Shown: positions 25,870-37,150 of the stretch, in pieces | Layout of the letters: each line of letters opens with the position of its first letter | How positions within the stretch are numbered: position 1 is the first letter of the stretch | Origin: Ylistrum balloti | Taxonomy: Eukaryota | Reading direction: 5' to 3' | Length of the DNA: 64,000 nt | Assembly (NCBI RefSeq): GCF_031769215.1 | Contig: NW_026781997.1 | Coordinates: forward strand, 62,001-126,000 | The notes under the pieces: model-generated | The model's input: the letters and a program-made list of their open reading frames with translations, nothing else | Told to the model about the DNA's origin: nothing | The model's database searches: none | Made by a program: the position numbers and the translations under genes

Positions 25870-26550
25870 CAGTCAAACCTGCTTTAGATGACACCTCCAT
25901 ATAAAGGACACCTGTCTATAAAGGACAGTCTCAGGAACCCCCAACAAGTTTTACTATATAATTTACCTCTATATAAAGGACACTCTCTATAAAGGACACC
26001 TGTCCATAAAGGACACTTAGAAATTTCCCGAAACACTATTTTCTATGTAAGATAACCTTTACTTAATGGACACCCATACAAAACTTGGAGACAGAAATTT
26101 CTCTCAGATATAAATCCTGGCTTTCCATAATGAAGTATTATAGTACATGTATAAGATAAATCTAATTACAACCTGATATATTTTATATTACATTTTATTT
26201 TAATCTCATCTTTGTTGATTTATTAAGCTAACCACTTTGTGTATTTTTCTACATGACAAATTCTATCAAAGCAATAAGTTAATATCTGCCTTACTTGAAG
26301 TGGAAGACAAGTGTGTATGGTTTGTGTCTGCATGGAGACACTTTAATTCTTAATTTCATTGACACTAATTAATTCTACTCTGACCATGGTGTATGTAAAC
26401 AATGACAATTTACACCATTCATTTTTATCATATTGGCTAAGAATCAAAATTGTGAATCTGATTTGATAACTAATTTTAAAATGTTAGTGATCTCTATATA
26501 AAGGACACTTCTGTCATTTCCCCAGTGTCCTTTATACACAGGTTTGACTG
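25870..26550. mobile_element. Tc1/mariner-pogo type MITE, 681 bp
   Basis: TA|CAGTCAAACCTG ... CAGGTTTGACTG|TA: 12-bp perfect TIR with TA duplication; internal ATAAAGGACAC repeats; non-coding. Confidence 0.9.
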
Positions 26551-29500
26551 TACAACAAAATCCTTAATACATGTTAAAAATCATTGCTTAGTGAAGCAAC
26601 ATACCAAATTTGAGAAGAATTGAAGAAAATATACTAAAAAGTTCTAGCATTTTCTGTATAATTTACATGATATATTATAATTATCTGTAATTGTACCAGA
26701 TTCAAATACCCAAATGACCATAACTCTAGTAAACACGGTCCAATCAAACTGCCCTTCAGGAAATCACAAGGTAATGTTTATTTTTATGTCTAACAATATT
26801 TGAAGGAAATTTGTTGAAAACTAAACAGATCTGCAGACAAACAAAATGTTTAGGATACCCGTCGTCAAATTGACGGGCATATAAAAAGCGCATGTTTGGG
26901 TAGTTGTATCACATGTACACACATGGCGAAGCTGATATTGGATTATTCCCTTAATAATGATTTAAATCAATAAAAGTGGAACATTCTTAGTTAATTGGCA
27001 GTAATCGCAAGACCATTCATTACATACAAGTATAGAGTTTACTTACCAAAAGCAAATGAACATTGTTTTCTTGTCTTCCAGTATCAACTTTGATATGATA
27101 AATGATGAATAGCAATCAAAAGAAAATAAGAACCCATTTCTGTGATGGGTAACAGTGTAAGAGGACAGCTCATTCATTTTAACAAGCAAGTCAAAATCTT
27201 CACATAAAACAACATAAATACTTGCAAATGGAAACACCATTTCTGAAGAAAAAGATTCTCTTTGTTAATAAAAATATCAATATTTTAACAAGTCAATTGT
27301 CATGTTTTCCTTCTATTCATGAATTATTTTCAAGTAAGATCTAGTGATCAGCTTGCAGCTAAGGTGCCAATACAACCTGATTACATTGCACAGCATGTGT
27401 ATAGATTCTAAATATGTATGTATACACAATATCTAGTGCAAAAGATTTTTGAAAATCCAACTGTCAACTGATTTGAAAATTAGAAGCAGAAAGCATTGCC
27501 CTAATTAAACTGACATACTGATTATTAAAGTATATTTCAAAAGGGCCCTGGACTGGCTGGACCAAATTATAAATGTTAGACTGATGATAGATCTGTTCCA
27601 GATAACTGCAAAATATATTAATAATTCCTTACTGAAATGAATGTATGGAACTGCAATGAGGGGAAACTGCAATAATTGATGATAAAGCAAAGCATCAATG
27701 AAAATCAACATGCGTGTCCCAAGTCCCACGTACTGAAAGAATCCTGATGGGAATGATTAACAAAGAATTTCTAAAAATACCTAGTTGAAAAAGACTTGTG
27801 AAATATATTGTAGATTTATCACTGGATGTATAAGTTTTAAAGACATAGTTTGAAAAATAAGAAAAACAATTTTGTAAACACTATAGTTATAGTCTTCCAA
27901 CTTTCTCAAAAATTAGCTCAAAGACAAAATTGAGGGATGAACATCTGGACAAGATTATTAAAAAAAAGAAATGCTGAAAAGGGAGATAACTTTTTAGCCC
28001 TATAACCACAAAAATATTAGTTTGTAACTCAATATTATGAAATGTTGTAGGCTCTTTTGGAATCTTGTACATGAAATCAGGGTATGATTATATAGCCAGC
28101 CTTACAAATTTTGAAAGAATTTCATTTTGGTTTAAAACTGAGAGTCGAGATCATCTCAAAAATATCAAAATTTAAATTTTTTTTGTTTTGTTTTGTTAAA
28201 AGTAAAACCCAAAAGGCAGTTATTTGCAAAACACAGTAGTTCAAGGGAACACAGCTAAAATTGACATAGTAGTATATAAAACCAAACAAGCCTGGGGAAA
28301 CTGTGTAGAGATTTGTTGAAACTCCGAGTTTTGCACACAAATATATATATCATAAAACAGTTTAATGGAACATGCCTGTTATCCTGCACTGTTTACAATT
28401 CCCCTATTATGTTGAAATATTTTGCTATGACTGATAATTAAACACCTGTCTGACGACAATGAAATACAACCAAAATGCAATGAAAGCGATAATTTCAATT
28501 GCTTAACTTACATGGGTAATATCAACTTTAAATCTGTCAGTTGTACCGTACTTCTGTTTACATATTGGCTTGTGTGCAGTATGGTAATACTAATAGCCGA
28601 CTCCGAAAACCAGTGAGCAAAATCCGCAATTATAAAACTTATAATGGTGTTGAAAATTACAACTACTGATATGTCTTTTGTTGCTTTAAAACATATTTAT
28701 CAAGAGGACATTTTCATTTAAATTTTCCTTCTGTATTAAATAAAGTTGTGAAAACAATATTTTTACTAAAAATAACAATTTACGATTCCTCAAGTCATAT
28801 CAATGACAAATCGGTCTCATGCTGTACATAGTGTACCGGGCCTCTATTTGAGAGCCATATCAACATCCATTCACATACAGTGATGGTATCTGAATCAAAG
28901 CAAACTTTCACTGCACAGGTTTCTTAGGTAAAATAAGGTCATAGAAATGTCAAATGAAACTGAAAAAGGGAAAATTCACCACAAGCTCAGGGGTTTGATG
29001 ATTACGATGTTAATATACAATCAAATGCTACCAGAAACAGATTTAAATTTAATAGGATAATTTGGTGAGTTTCTTGAAGTATGTCATCATCACTGTCGGT
29101 GTGTGTATTTTCCCAAAGAGTGAATTTTTTGGTCTACTTAAGTTGACAAGATTGATGGCCATGTTTACGCTCTTGTTCGGTAATAAGCCCACCCCCCAAC
29201 TTTTGACTTGATTTCATGTGCTGTCCCCTTGGGCTTGTTGGCATTGCTGGAGAAATACTGCAGACACCTTGACTGAAGATTTTAAGTAGATACATATTTA
29301 ATTCCACGAAAAAAATTTAATTTGGCTTTCAAAAGATAACCTAAAAAAGAATGGGATATAACTCATAAGTAAAAATAGCGAGTCAGGTAATCAGGTTGTA
29401 AACTTTTTCTGAGCTAATAGCCTAATAGTGGATTAATAAAACTGGGAGAGCTATAATTATTCATAAAGGATGAATTGTAACTTAGATAACATAATTAGGC

Positions 29501-29875
29501 TTGAAGTCCACTTAGAACATCTGTGGTATACAGTTTGTACGAACTTGAATTTTTGACTGGTAATTTACGACCAGTAATGATGTTTCTCCTGATATGACTG
29601 TTCATCTACATCTTGTGATTCAAGCAGCAAAGATATATATGCATAATTTTCAAATGGCTTTCAGAGAATGGGCATTATCAGGTTGTCAACATTACAGTGT
29701 GTGAAAAGATTCAATCCTTCAATACCATTTCAAACACTTACAAGCTTCAGATTTTGAATGACGGCTTTGAATTTGATCACCAAAAATAACACTGTACTGG
29801 TGTATATTTGACATTGTATGTTAGTAACTGAACCTGATTTTGAGTAATCTTCAGATAAATGACAAAGACTACAGC

Positions 29876-32560
29876 CTATCTGAAAAGCACTGAATGCTTT
29901 AGTACAACATACACAAATTGGTTTAGTCTGTATGGATCAAGTGGACAGACATCTAAAATCTCATCAAATCTTACAGCTTCAACTTTAACCACTTTCAGGA
30001 TTTTGTATGCACGGAAGTGAGGTTCATAAACAGAGTCACAAATTTGCACAACCAGTAATGTCTGATAATTGTGCGAAAACATAGCAATAATCTTTGACAA
30101 AACAATGTCATCACTCTCATAATGATGGACAACAAAACATCCTGGTTTGTATGCATGACCTTTGTAATTCACTCTGTCAAGTTTTGAAAGATATTGCTCA
30201 TTCTTTGACACACCTTTGTTCATCAAAGCTTGACCTACATTAGGATCAAGTGATGCAAGTGCTACATTTGAGCTCTTTAGAACCTCAGAATGGGTTTTGA
30301 AAATATCATTACCACTCGATGTGATGTATGCCTGCAAGTTTTGATGCCTTTGTGCCAATGTGGCATTAATGTTTTTGAAATTTCCAACTCTTAAAGCTAA
30401 CTGTTTGAAATAGCTATGCTTAGCCTCAAAACGCATGCACCAGCAAGTTCTTACAGGTCCGAAGTTCATTATCATCTCAGGATAGTGAATAAGAAAATGA
30501 TGCTTTGATCTAAGATTTTCATTTGGGAACACTTCCTTAAAAAGTTTATGATGATCAATGATCAAAGCCTTCAGATATGCACACATAGCAGGAGACATTT
30601 TTGGAGAAAACGTTAATTCTGTTATATCTTTGAGCAACAGAAGTACTTCCCAAACCTTGCTTTCCTCTGGTATAAACTTGCCAATGATTAATGGCATCAA
30701 ACGTAGTAGGGTCCACATTTGTGAGGCACTCTGTGTGAAGGACGAAATACAAGTTGGAGTCGTCGGTTTAGTTGTTGAATCATGCATACCATATTTCCAT
30801 GTCTGTAAACTGCTCAAAATATCTGTACTTTTAACTATACAATCTTTTTCCAAGGACTGCAACACCAAAGGGACTTCATACCTTGCACAACCTTCCAGGA
30901 TGTCGTGCATGCAGTCAGGTGGAAGCCCACGGGTGACATGGAAATATTGCAAGCTATTGAAAGGCGAGTCTCTTTTGACACCACATACAGAAGTACACTT
31001 ACTACCAGAGTTTACATCCATTTGATGGACATGATGATTGTAATTTTCAACATTCCTACTTTCAAAATGTGTACTATCATAATCTGTCTGAGTGTCCTCT
31101 GTGTTTGCTAAACAAAAGCGACACATGTTTTTCACACTGTAGTTGAAACATTCTACAAAACCTCCAATTTGGTGACTTCCCAAATTGTCCGCACTTATAT
31201 ATGCTAAACTACCAAGCAGATTACTTTCCAAACCAGGAATAGCTGTTCCAACAGTTTCTAATTGCTTCAAATCATTAATTAGTGGCTGCAAAACTGATTC
31301 AAATCCGAATTCTCTCAAGTCTTTATTTGTACATAATACACAAAGTTGAATTGGATTCAATTCTGATCTTTTTTCAGGGCTGAAGTTTCCTAGGGTAAAA
31401 TAAAATGCAGCAATCTTATGAATGCCTTTGCGGGATCCCAATGGATTGACTACTTCAAATTCATCAAAGTACAAAATGACTTGTAATGCATTTTCATGCT
31501 TTGAAAACAATGGATTTTCTCGAAAATATTTTCCATCGCAAAAGTCAACCAACTCCTGTCCATTACTTTTGTGAGAATTCATTACTTCTACTAATGCATC
31601 TTCCTGACTGAGCATGGATCTTATGCTATCTAATATGGGAATGTATTGGTACACTCTTTTGACATGCCTAGAATTTCTTCCTAGCATAACTGATATTGGT
31701 TTAACAACTGTTAAGCTACTTTCCCAGTATGAGTTGCGTCTGGCATTGGTTTTCAGAAGTTCTGTACACTTCTTCAGATGATTTTTACCAAAGACATCCT
31801 TGACAGAACTAACTATATCTCCTGTAATACCCTGCTGTCTTAACACGTTAATAACTTTTGCTTCTGTTTGATCAAATGCCTGCTCATACAAAGAGTCAAT
31901 TTCTTGTACAATAGAATCTACGGTTGAAATCGGCAAATGATTGATTTCCTGCAACTTCAATATCATTAACGCCATTGTTTTTAAAAACTGTTCTTCTGAA
32001 TCATTTGTTCCCTCTGCCGTCTCCTCCCCAATTTCTGAATTGCAATTAGCAAAATTTACAGGTCCGTTTACATTTTCAAATTCGGTTTCAACATCAACGA
32101 CCAAAAACTCCCTTTTTAACTGCAGTACAGTATGTTTTGAATGACACCTATGAATATGGGATCTCAGCGATGAATATATATTGAATGTTTGGGGACAATT
32201 ATTGAAGAGACAAACTGTGGAATCCCCTTTGTTCAGATGTTCTCCTATGTGTCCTATTAGCCGACTTAATGATGGGAATCTTAAATCTGTTGGACAAGCT
32301 TCAAAAGCACATCTTACTTTATTTGAAACGCCGACACTGTCAGACGTTAACATATGCTGCGTGTGAATCGTTGAAGTTGAATGGAATCGGTAAACGTGAC
32401 TTTTGAAAGCACTGAATGTTTTGAAGGTATTGGTACACTGACTGATTCCACATCGTACAAAAAAATTGGGGTCTGCCCTGTGACACCGACTCATGTGGGT
32501 CAAAAGTGTTTTCACATCTTGAAAGTTATCACTTCTATCACAAATTGGACAATTCAACAT
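29876..32560 (-). CDS. CACTA/EnSpm transposase with four N-terminal C2H2 zinc fingers, uninterrupted ORF
   Basis: 935-codon ORF; likely ATG at 32560 (MLNCPIC). Motifs 'LYFDEFEVVNPLGS', 'SADNLGSHQIGGF', 'CRFC', 'PPDCMHDILEG', 'KHHFLIHYP', 'WCMRFEAKH'. Confidence 0.93.
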   Translation of the reverse strand: MLNCPICDRSDNFQDVKTLLTHMSRCHRADPNFFVRCGISQCTNTFKTFSAFKSHVYRFHSTSTIHTQHMLTSDSVGVSNKVRCAFEACPTDLRFPSLSRLIGHIGEHLNKGDSTVCLFNNCPQTFNIYSSLRSHIHRCHSKHTVLQLKREFLVVDVETEFENVNGPVNFANCNSEIGEETAEGTNDSEEQFLKTMALMILKLQEINHLPISTVDSIVQEIDSLYEQAFDQTEAKVINVLRQQGITGDIVSSVKDVFGKNHLKKCTELLKTNARRNSYWESSLTVVKPISVMLGRNSRHVKRVYQYIPILDSIRSMLSQEDALVEVMNSHKSNGQELVDFCDGKYFRENPLFSKHENALQVILYFDEFEVVNPLGSRKGIHKIAAFYFTLGNFSPEKRSELNPIQLCVLCTNKDLREFGFESVLQPLINDLKQLETVGTAIPGLESNLLGSLAYISADNLGSHQIGGFVECFNYSVKNMCRFCLANTEDTQTDYDSTHFESRNVENYNHHVHQMDVNSGSKCTSVCGVKRDSPFNSLQYFHVTRGLPPDCMHDILEGCARYEVPLVLQSLEKDCIVKSTDILSSLQTWKYGMHDSTTKPTTPTCISSFTQSASQMWTLLRLMPLIIGKFIPEESKVWEVLLLLKDITELTFSPKMSPAMCAYLKALIIDHHKLFKEVFPNENLRSKHHFLIHYPEMIMNFGPVRTCWCMRFEAKHSYFKQLALRVGNFKNINATLAQRHQNLQAYITSSGNDIFKTHSEVLKSSNVALASLDPNVGQALMNKGVSKNEQYLSKLDRVNYKGHAYKPGCFVVHHYESDDIVLSKIIAMFSHNYQTLLVVQICDSVYEPHFRAYKILKVVKVEAVRFDEILDVCPLDPYRLNQFVYVVLKHSVLFR

Positions 32561-33803
32561 ATCGGAAACTAAGCCTAGAATTGTAAAAACTACAATTATC
32601 CGCATACTTACTTCATCACTTCTGCGTTGTTCCTCCTCTGAAAAGACCGCCAATATATTTAAGCAGAGCGCGCGCATCAGCAAACCGGAAAAACCAGCTA
32701 CTACTGGAAACGATTACCGGGTTATGAATACGGACGACTTGTTCGCGGGGATGTGCGTTATTTTTCATATTAATTAAGATACTGCTTTTTATCGCTGTTA
32801 TATATTGCTTGAGAAAAACACAGAAATATGGCACCGGGAAACCAGATAGCATTTCAAGTAACACGCGTTCAATGTACGTTTCACATGATATAGATAGATT
32901 CTACCATATCTTGAAATGAGAAATTCAGTCACAAAGGTAATGGTAAATCAGTCTTTCTTCTGTTTGCTATAGGCCTACATGACCAGATCTGTTATAACAT
33001 AGAGTACCTTTGCACGTCAGTCGACATTTTCTTGCAGCAGAATTACACCACAAAGCGTGAACAATTACACCATACTTTCACCACAAAGAGTGTTTTCTGA
33101 AATAACACTCGGAAAATAAAATAAAATAATTTAATCGATGTTTTCTTGAACCAGTGTTACACTTAAAACGAGAAATACTTTCACCATAAAAAGTGTATTC
33201 TGATCATTATCACTACATAAGGTGTAAACATCCACCATTTCCTGTGTTACTCGAACTACATTTTAGTGTAATCTCAATTTACACTTATTTAGGTGTACAA
33301 TAATTAGAAACCACCTTAGATCGGGAAATGTTACACACTGGTTACACTTATTCTGGTGTTAGGTTACACGACATTTTTACAGTGTAATACGATTGTAATC
33401 CTTATAAGTTATATTATCATTTATATTTATTTAATTTTAAAATGGCGAATTATCACTCATAAAATCATGTTCTGTCAAAAAACTGATGTCCGTCAACATG
33501 CTGACGTTTAACCTGGTGTGTCTGTCAAAACAAAGACGTTCATTATAACATTTCTGTCAAAATCGTGACGTTCATAATAATATGTCGGTCAAAAAAATGA
33601 CGTTTGACAACAAAAACCCGCGAAACCTCATATCGTTTTGAAATTCTCATCGGATTCTGTCAAAAAATTAAACATTGGATATAGGTTAGGGCCTTCTGTG
33701 ACAAAAACAGCATAGAAACATGTTTGCGGGGTTTCGTGATTCAAACGTCATCACTTGTAAACGTCAGTTAATTTGACAGACATCGGTAATTCATTGTTTT
33801 TAC

Positions 33804-33840
33804 CTGCATCCTCCTCCAATTCCTCCTGTCCGCCGGCCAT
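33804..33840 (-). other. Orphan putative first exon MAGGQEELEEDA(G)
   Basis: AAATATGGCC start, 12 codons plus 1 nt, GTAAAA donor, GC-rich upstream segment 33850-33960. No downstream exon identified. Confidence 0.35.
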
Positions 33841-34046
33841 ATTTGTTATTGCTAGACATGCAGGGATCCTAGCGGAAGCACTTGGCTTCATCGTAAGGGA
33901 GCTAAGCGTACGCTGGTATAGACCGATGGCGATCGTCAGCGAATGAAATTTCCGAGTTTGACGGACATGACGTTAGTTATTCTTGAGAGCATATTATCCG
34001 TAATTTCCAGGTGATATAGCAATGGCTTACTGAAATGTCCGAGGCA

Positions 34047-35905
34047 CTTAGTTTTCTTTAGTTTGACTCCATAGTCATCTAAACGCTTGAGTGAAGCATC
34101 CAGATTTTGCTGATGGGTAACATCATCTTTCCCGGTTACAAGAACATCATCCAGGATACAACCGACACCATCCAATCCCTGTAGTACAGTTTCCATGGTT
34201 CGCTGAAATATAGCTGGCGCAGATGCTACACCAAATGGAAGTCTGGTGTACCTGTACAATCCAAGATGGGTGTTGATGGTCACATATTTTCTAGACTCTT
34301 CATCAAGTAGTACCTGGTTGTAAGCTTGAGTTAAATCCAACTTTGAGAATTTTTGTCCTCCGTTAAGCTTTGTGAATAGCTCTTCACTTGTTGGCAGGGG
34401 ATATTCGGGTACTTCTAGCACCGGATTTATGGTAATCTTGAAATCACCACAAATTCTAACTGAACCGTCTGGTTTCATGACTGGCACAATGGGTGTTGCC
34501 CACTCTGAACTGTCCACCTTTTCCACTATGCCTGCATTCTCTAAACTGAGAAGTTCTGCACCTATCTGGTCTTTCAGCGCATAAGGTACAGTTCTGGCCT
34601 TGAAAAACTTAGGTTGGGCATTGTCCTTGAGCTTGATTGATGCTGTGATCCCCTTGACCGTGCCTAACTTGTCCTCAAACACTGAATATTTCTGTTCGTT
34701 GATAGACATCATGTTTATTGTTTTCCAGTTAAGTCGAAGTTGTCCTAACCAATTCCTTCCAAATAATGCTGGTCCATCAGCTTCCACAACAAGCAATGGT
34801 AAAAGTTTGGTCTGTCCCTCATAAGACACTTTGACGTTAGCCTCACCCAACACTGGTAATACTTCACCAGTATATGTTTTCAACATTGTCGAGCTGTTTT
34901 GTAGGTTGAATTTTCCCTGGAATTTAGCTCTGAAATCCTTATCAGATATCAATGAAACTGGTGAACCGGTGTCAAGCTCCATCGTTTGATCTATCTTTTC
35001 AATGTCAACAGAAATTCTTATTTCCTTTTGCCCTGTGGACTTTATAGAGAATATCGGCCATACTTCCGAAACATCATCCTGGTCTGAATCCTCAGTGAAA
35101 TGAATCTTCGAACTCTTCTTATGTCTCTTTGAGTCCCCCTTTGTTGGCCTGGCTGAATCAGTATTACATCTAGTACCACCAGTACCTTGATTTTTGGAGT
35201 TACCAGGTTTATCTCTAGAGGTTTTGGATTTTGGGCATCTCTTGTGTAAATGTCCTACTTCCTTACATGTATGACACTTACTGTTCTTGTAGAAACATGT
35301 CTGCGCTATGATTAGACTTACTACAGCGGAAACATTCTTTTGACGCTTGAAATTTGTGAACATTTTCAGCTTTATCCACTCTGTCACCCTTTAACTTCCG
35401 GGCCTCATTTTCAGCCATTTCCATACTCACTGCTATCTCTCTTGCTTTAGTCATTGTCAGAGTAGCTTCGGTTAGGAGTTTCCGTTGTGTAGGGGTGGAA
35501 GACAAACCCGACACAAACCTGTCTCTCAACGCATCATCTAGAAATGCACCAAATTCACAATGTTCACTGAGCCGTCTCAATCCAGCCACATATTGACATA
35601 CAGTTTCATTCGAATGTTGATTTCGTTGATAAAATTTAAAGCGTTCTGCTATAATGAGAGGTTTCGGCTTTAAATGCTGAGAAATGAGTGTCTTCAATTC
35701 ATCATGTTTTGGCGGAGGGCTTTGCGGGAGATGTGAGGTTTCGCACTAGTCCATACATTTTCTGACCCATAACCGTCAACAATATCGACCGTTGTTTGTC
35801 TGCGTCCTCCACTCCATTAGCTATAAAATACTGCTCTACTCTCTCTACATACTCATCCCAGTTCATTTCAAAATCGAATGATTCAATTTTACCGTACACT
35901 GCCAT
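34047..35905 (-). pseudogene. pol: Gypsy-2 gag-protease-RT, frameshifted, lacking RNase H and integrase
   Basis: ORFs 35702..35911, 35278..35697, 33936..35387. 'LRDRFVSG', 'CFRCSKSNH', 'CHTCKEVGH', 'LDTGSPVS', 'RICGDFK', 'KLDLTQAY', 'ILDDVLVTG'; homology ends at 'KLKKTKC'. Confidence 0.93.
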
Positions 35906-36036
35906 GATCAAGTTTACGTGCCCCTGTGCGTGAAAACTTTCGCCACTTGGCTGTCGGTGAATAATGGCTTTCTAGTATAATTACAGAGTTTTTGGTTTAC
36001 CGTACTGCCGTTATCTTCAGCTTCGATGCACCGGAA

Positions 36037-36049
36037 ATCCTCGTCGCCA
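36037..36049 (-). promoter_or_regulatory. Primer-binding site TGGCGACGAGGAT (tRNA-Ser type)
   Basis: One base after the LTR; complementary to the AUCCUCGUCGCCA 3' end of tRNA-Ser(GCU). Confidence 0.8.
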
Positions 36050-36050
36050 C

Positions 36051-36190
36051 TGAAATGTCCGAGGCAAGGCTTGTATTAGCTGATTTACGGGAACAAACGA
36101 GGAGCACATGGTTTCATGTTTATTCCAAAATGGCGGGCAGTCATCAACAACAATAATGAGCATGCGCAATACACATACAAATTGGTAACA
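36051..36190 (-). repeat. 5' LTR of Gypsy-2 (140 bp)
   Basis: TG...CA ends; its 3' end (TGCCTCGGACATTTCA) is duplicated at 34031-34046. Confidence 0.85.
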
Positions 36191-37150
36191 CTAAACACTG
36201 TTGGATGGAAACAACAACCGCCCCAGACTAGTATGATTCTACAAACATTACACTTATGAACTTTTTCTTCTTTTTTTTTTTAAGTTACGATTTTATATCA
36301 GTTAAATGCAGAAATATTTTGAAAATTGACGTGCACAGCCCATCTCTAAAAGTGAGCAAAAACACATCATCATTTCCAATTTATATTCTTAATTTCTTTT
36401 ATTGTGTATAAAGAAGAACAGTTTAAGGCTCACAAACATAAAATATGTGATACAAGATATACGTTTTGCATAAAACAGGTGGCATACAACAAAACCAATT
36501 ATTTAAAAATACATCATCATTTGCCATGTCTGTTTGTCAAGGAGTTAAAATCTGTCAAAAACACCAATTAAATCAAAATCAAAATTCATTTATTATTATA
36601 TGCATTGATTTTTTCTTCATTGAAAGTGTTTTTTACTGATAAAAATGGAAGATAACAACATCATGAAATAATAATTTCAATTAAAAACCTTAACTAGCAG
36701 AAATAAATGACTTTACACATTTTGACAGACAGTGATGCACTTTTATATGGAAGATGTCGTATATCATTCCAGATCAAGGGTCACATGATGGAAATGTAAT
36801 TCAAATAATTTTGAACTCCGATGAGATGTTGATAATTTGCACAATTGTTTTGCCATTTATGTTGTCAAAGTAATATATTGGCTCTAAGAACCAAGTAGAA
36901 ATAACTTGGTAATAACTTGGTGATAACAGGGCACTGTATGTGCCAAAAATACACTTCATATTAGGCATAAATTTTGCATAATATCTCCAAAATGCATCAC
37001 ATTCTTCTGATGAAATGCTTGCCAATTCTTCTGTAAAAGATACATGTATGGACTTCGGCATGTCTGTCTGATATGTCAATTGAAGTACAACCCATAAACT
37101 GTTTTTACAATTTCTAAACTGTTACAGGCATCATTCGAATATACACTTAC

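Larger units (their letters stand above)
18100..33384 (-). mobile_element. CACTA/EnSpm (CMC) DNA transposon, 15,285 bp, apparently full length
   Basis: Left TA|CACTGTAAAA, right TTTTACAGTG|TA: 10-bp TIR with a 2-bp TA duplication. Dense (T/A)ACACCA subterminal repeats at 18130-18400 and 33040-33370. Encodes transposase, SAMD3-like ORF and F-box/LRR gene. Confidence 0.92.
34031..36190 (-). mobile_element. Ty3/Gypsy element (Gypsy-2), internally deleted
   Basis: 5' LTR 36190-36051 (TGTTAC...TTTCA), PBS, gag, protease and RT, then a direct jump into the last 16 bp of an LTR copy at 34046-34031. Confidence 0.92.

Noticed and set aside
32561-32683. N-terminal 41-aa extension of the transposase ORF
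   Set aside because: Non-ATG start, contains a GTAAGT donor-like site; homology begins at MLNCPIC. Probably UTR.
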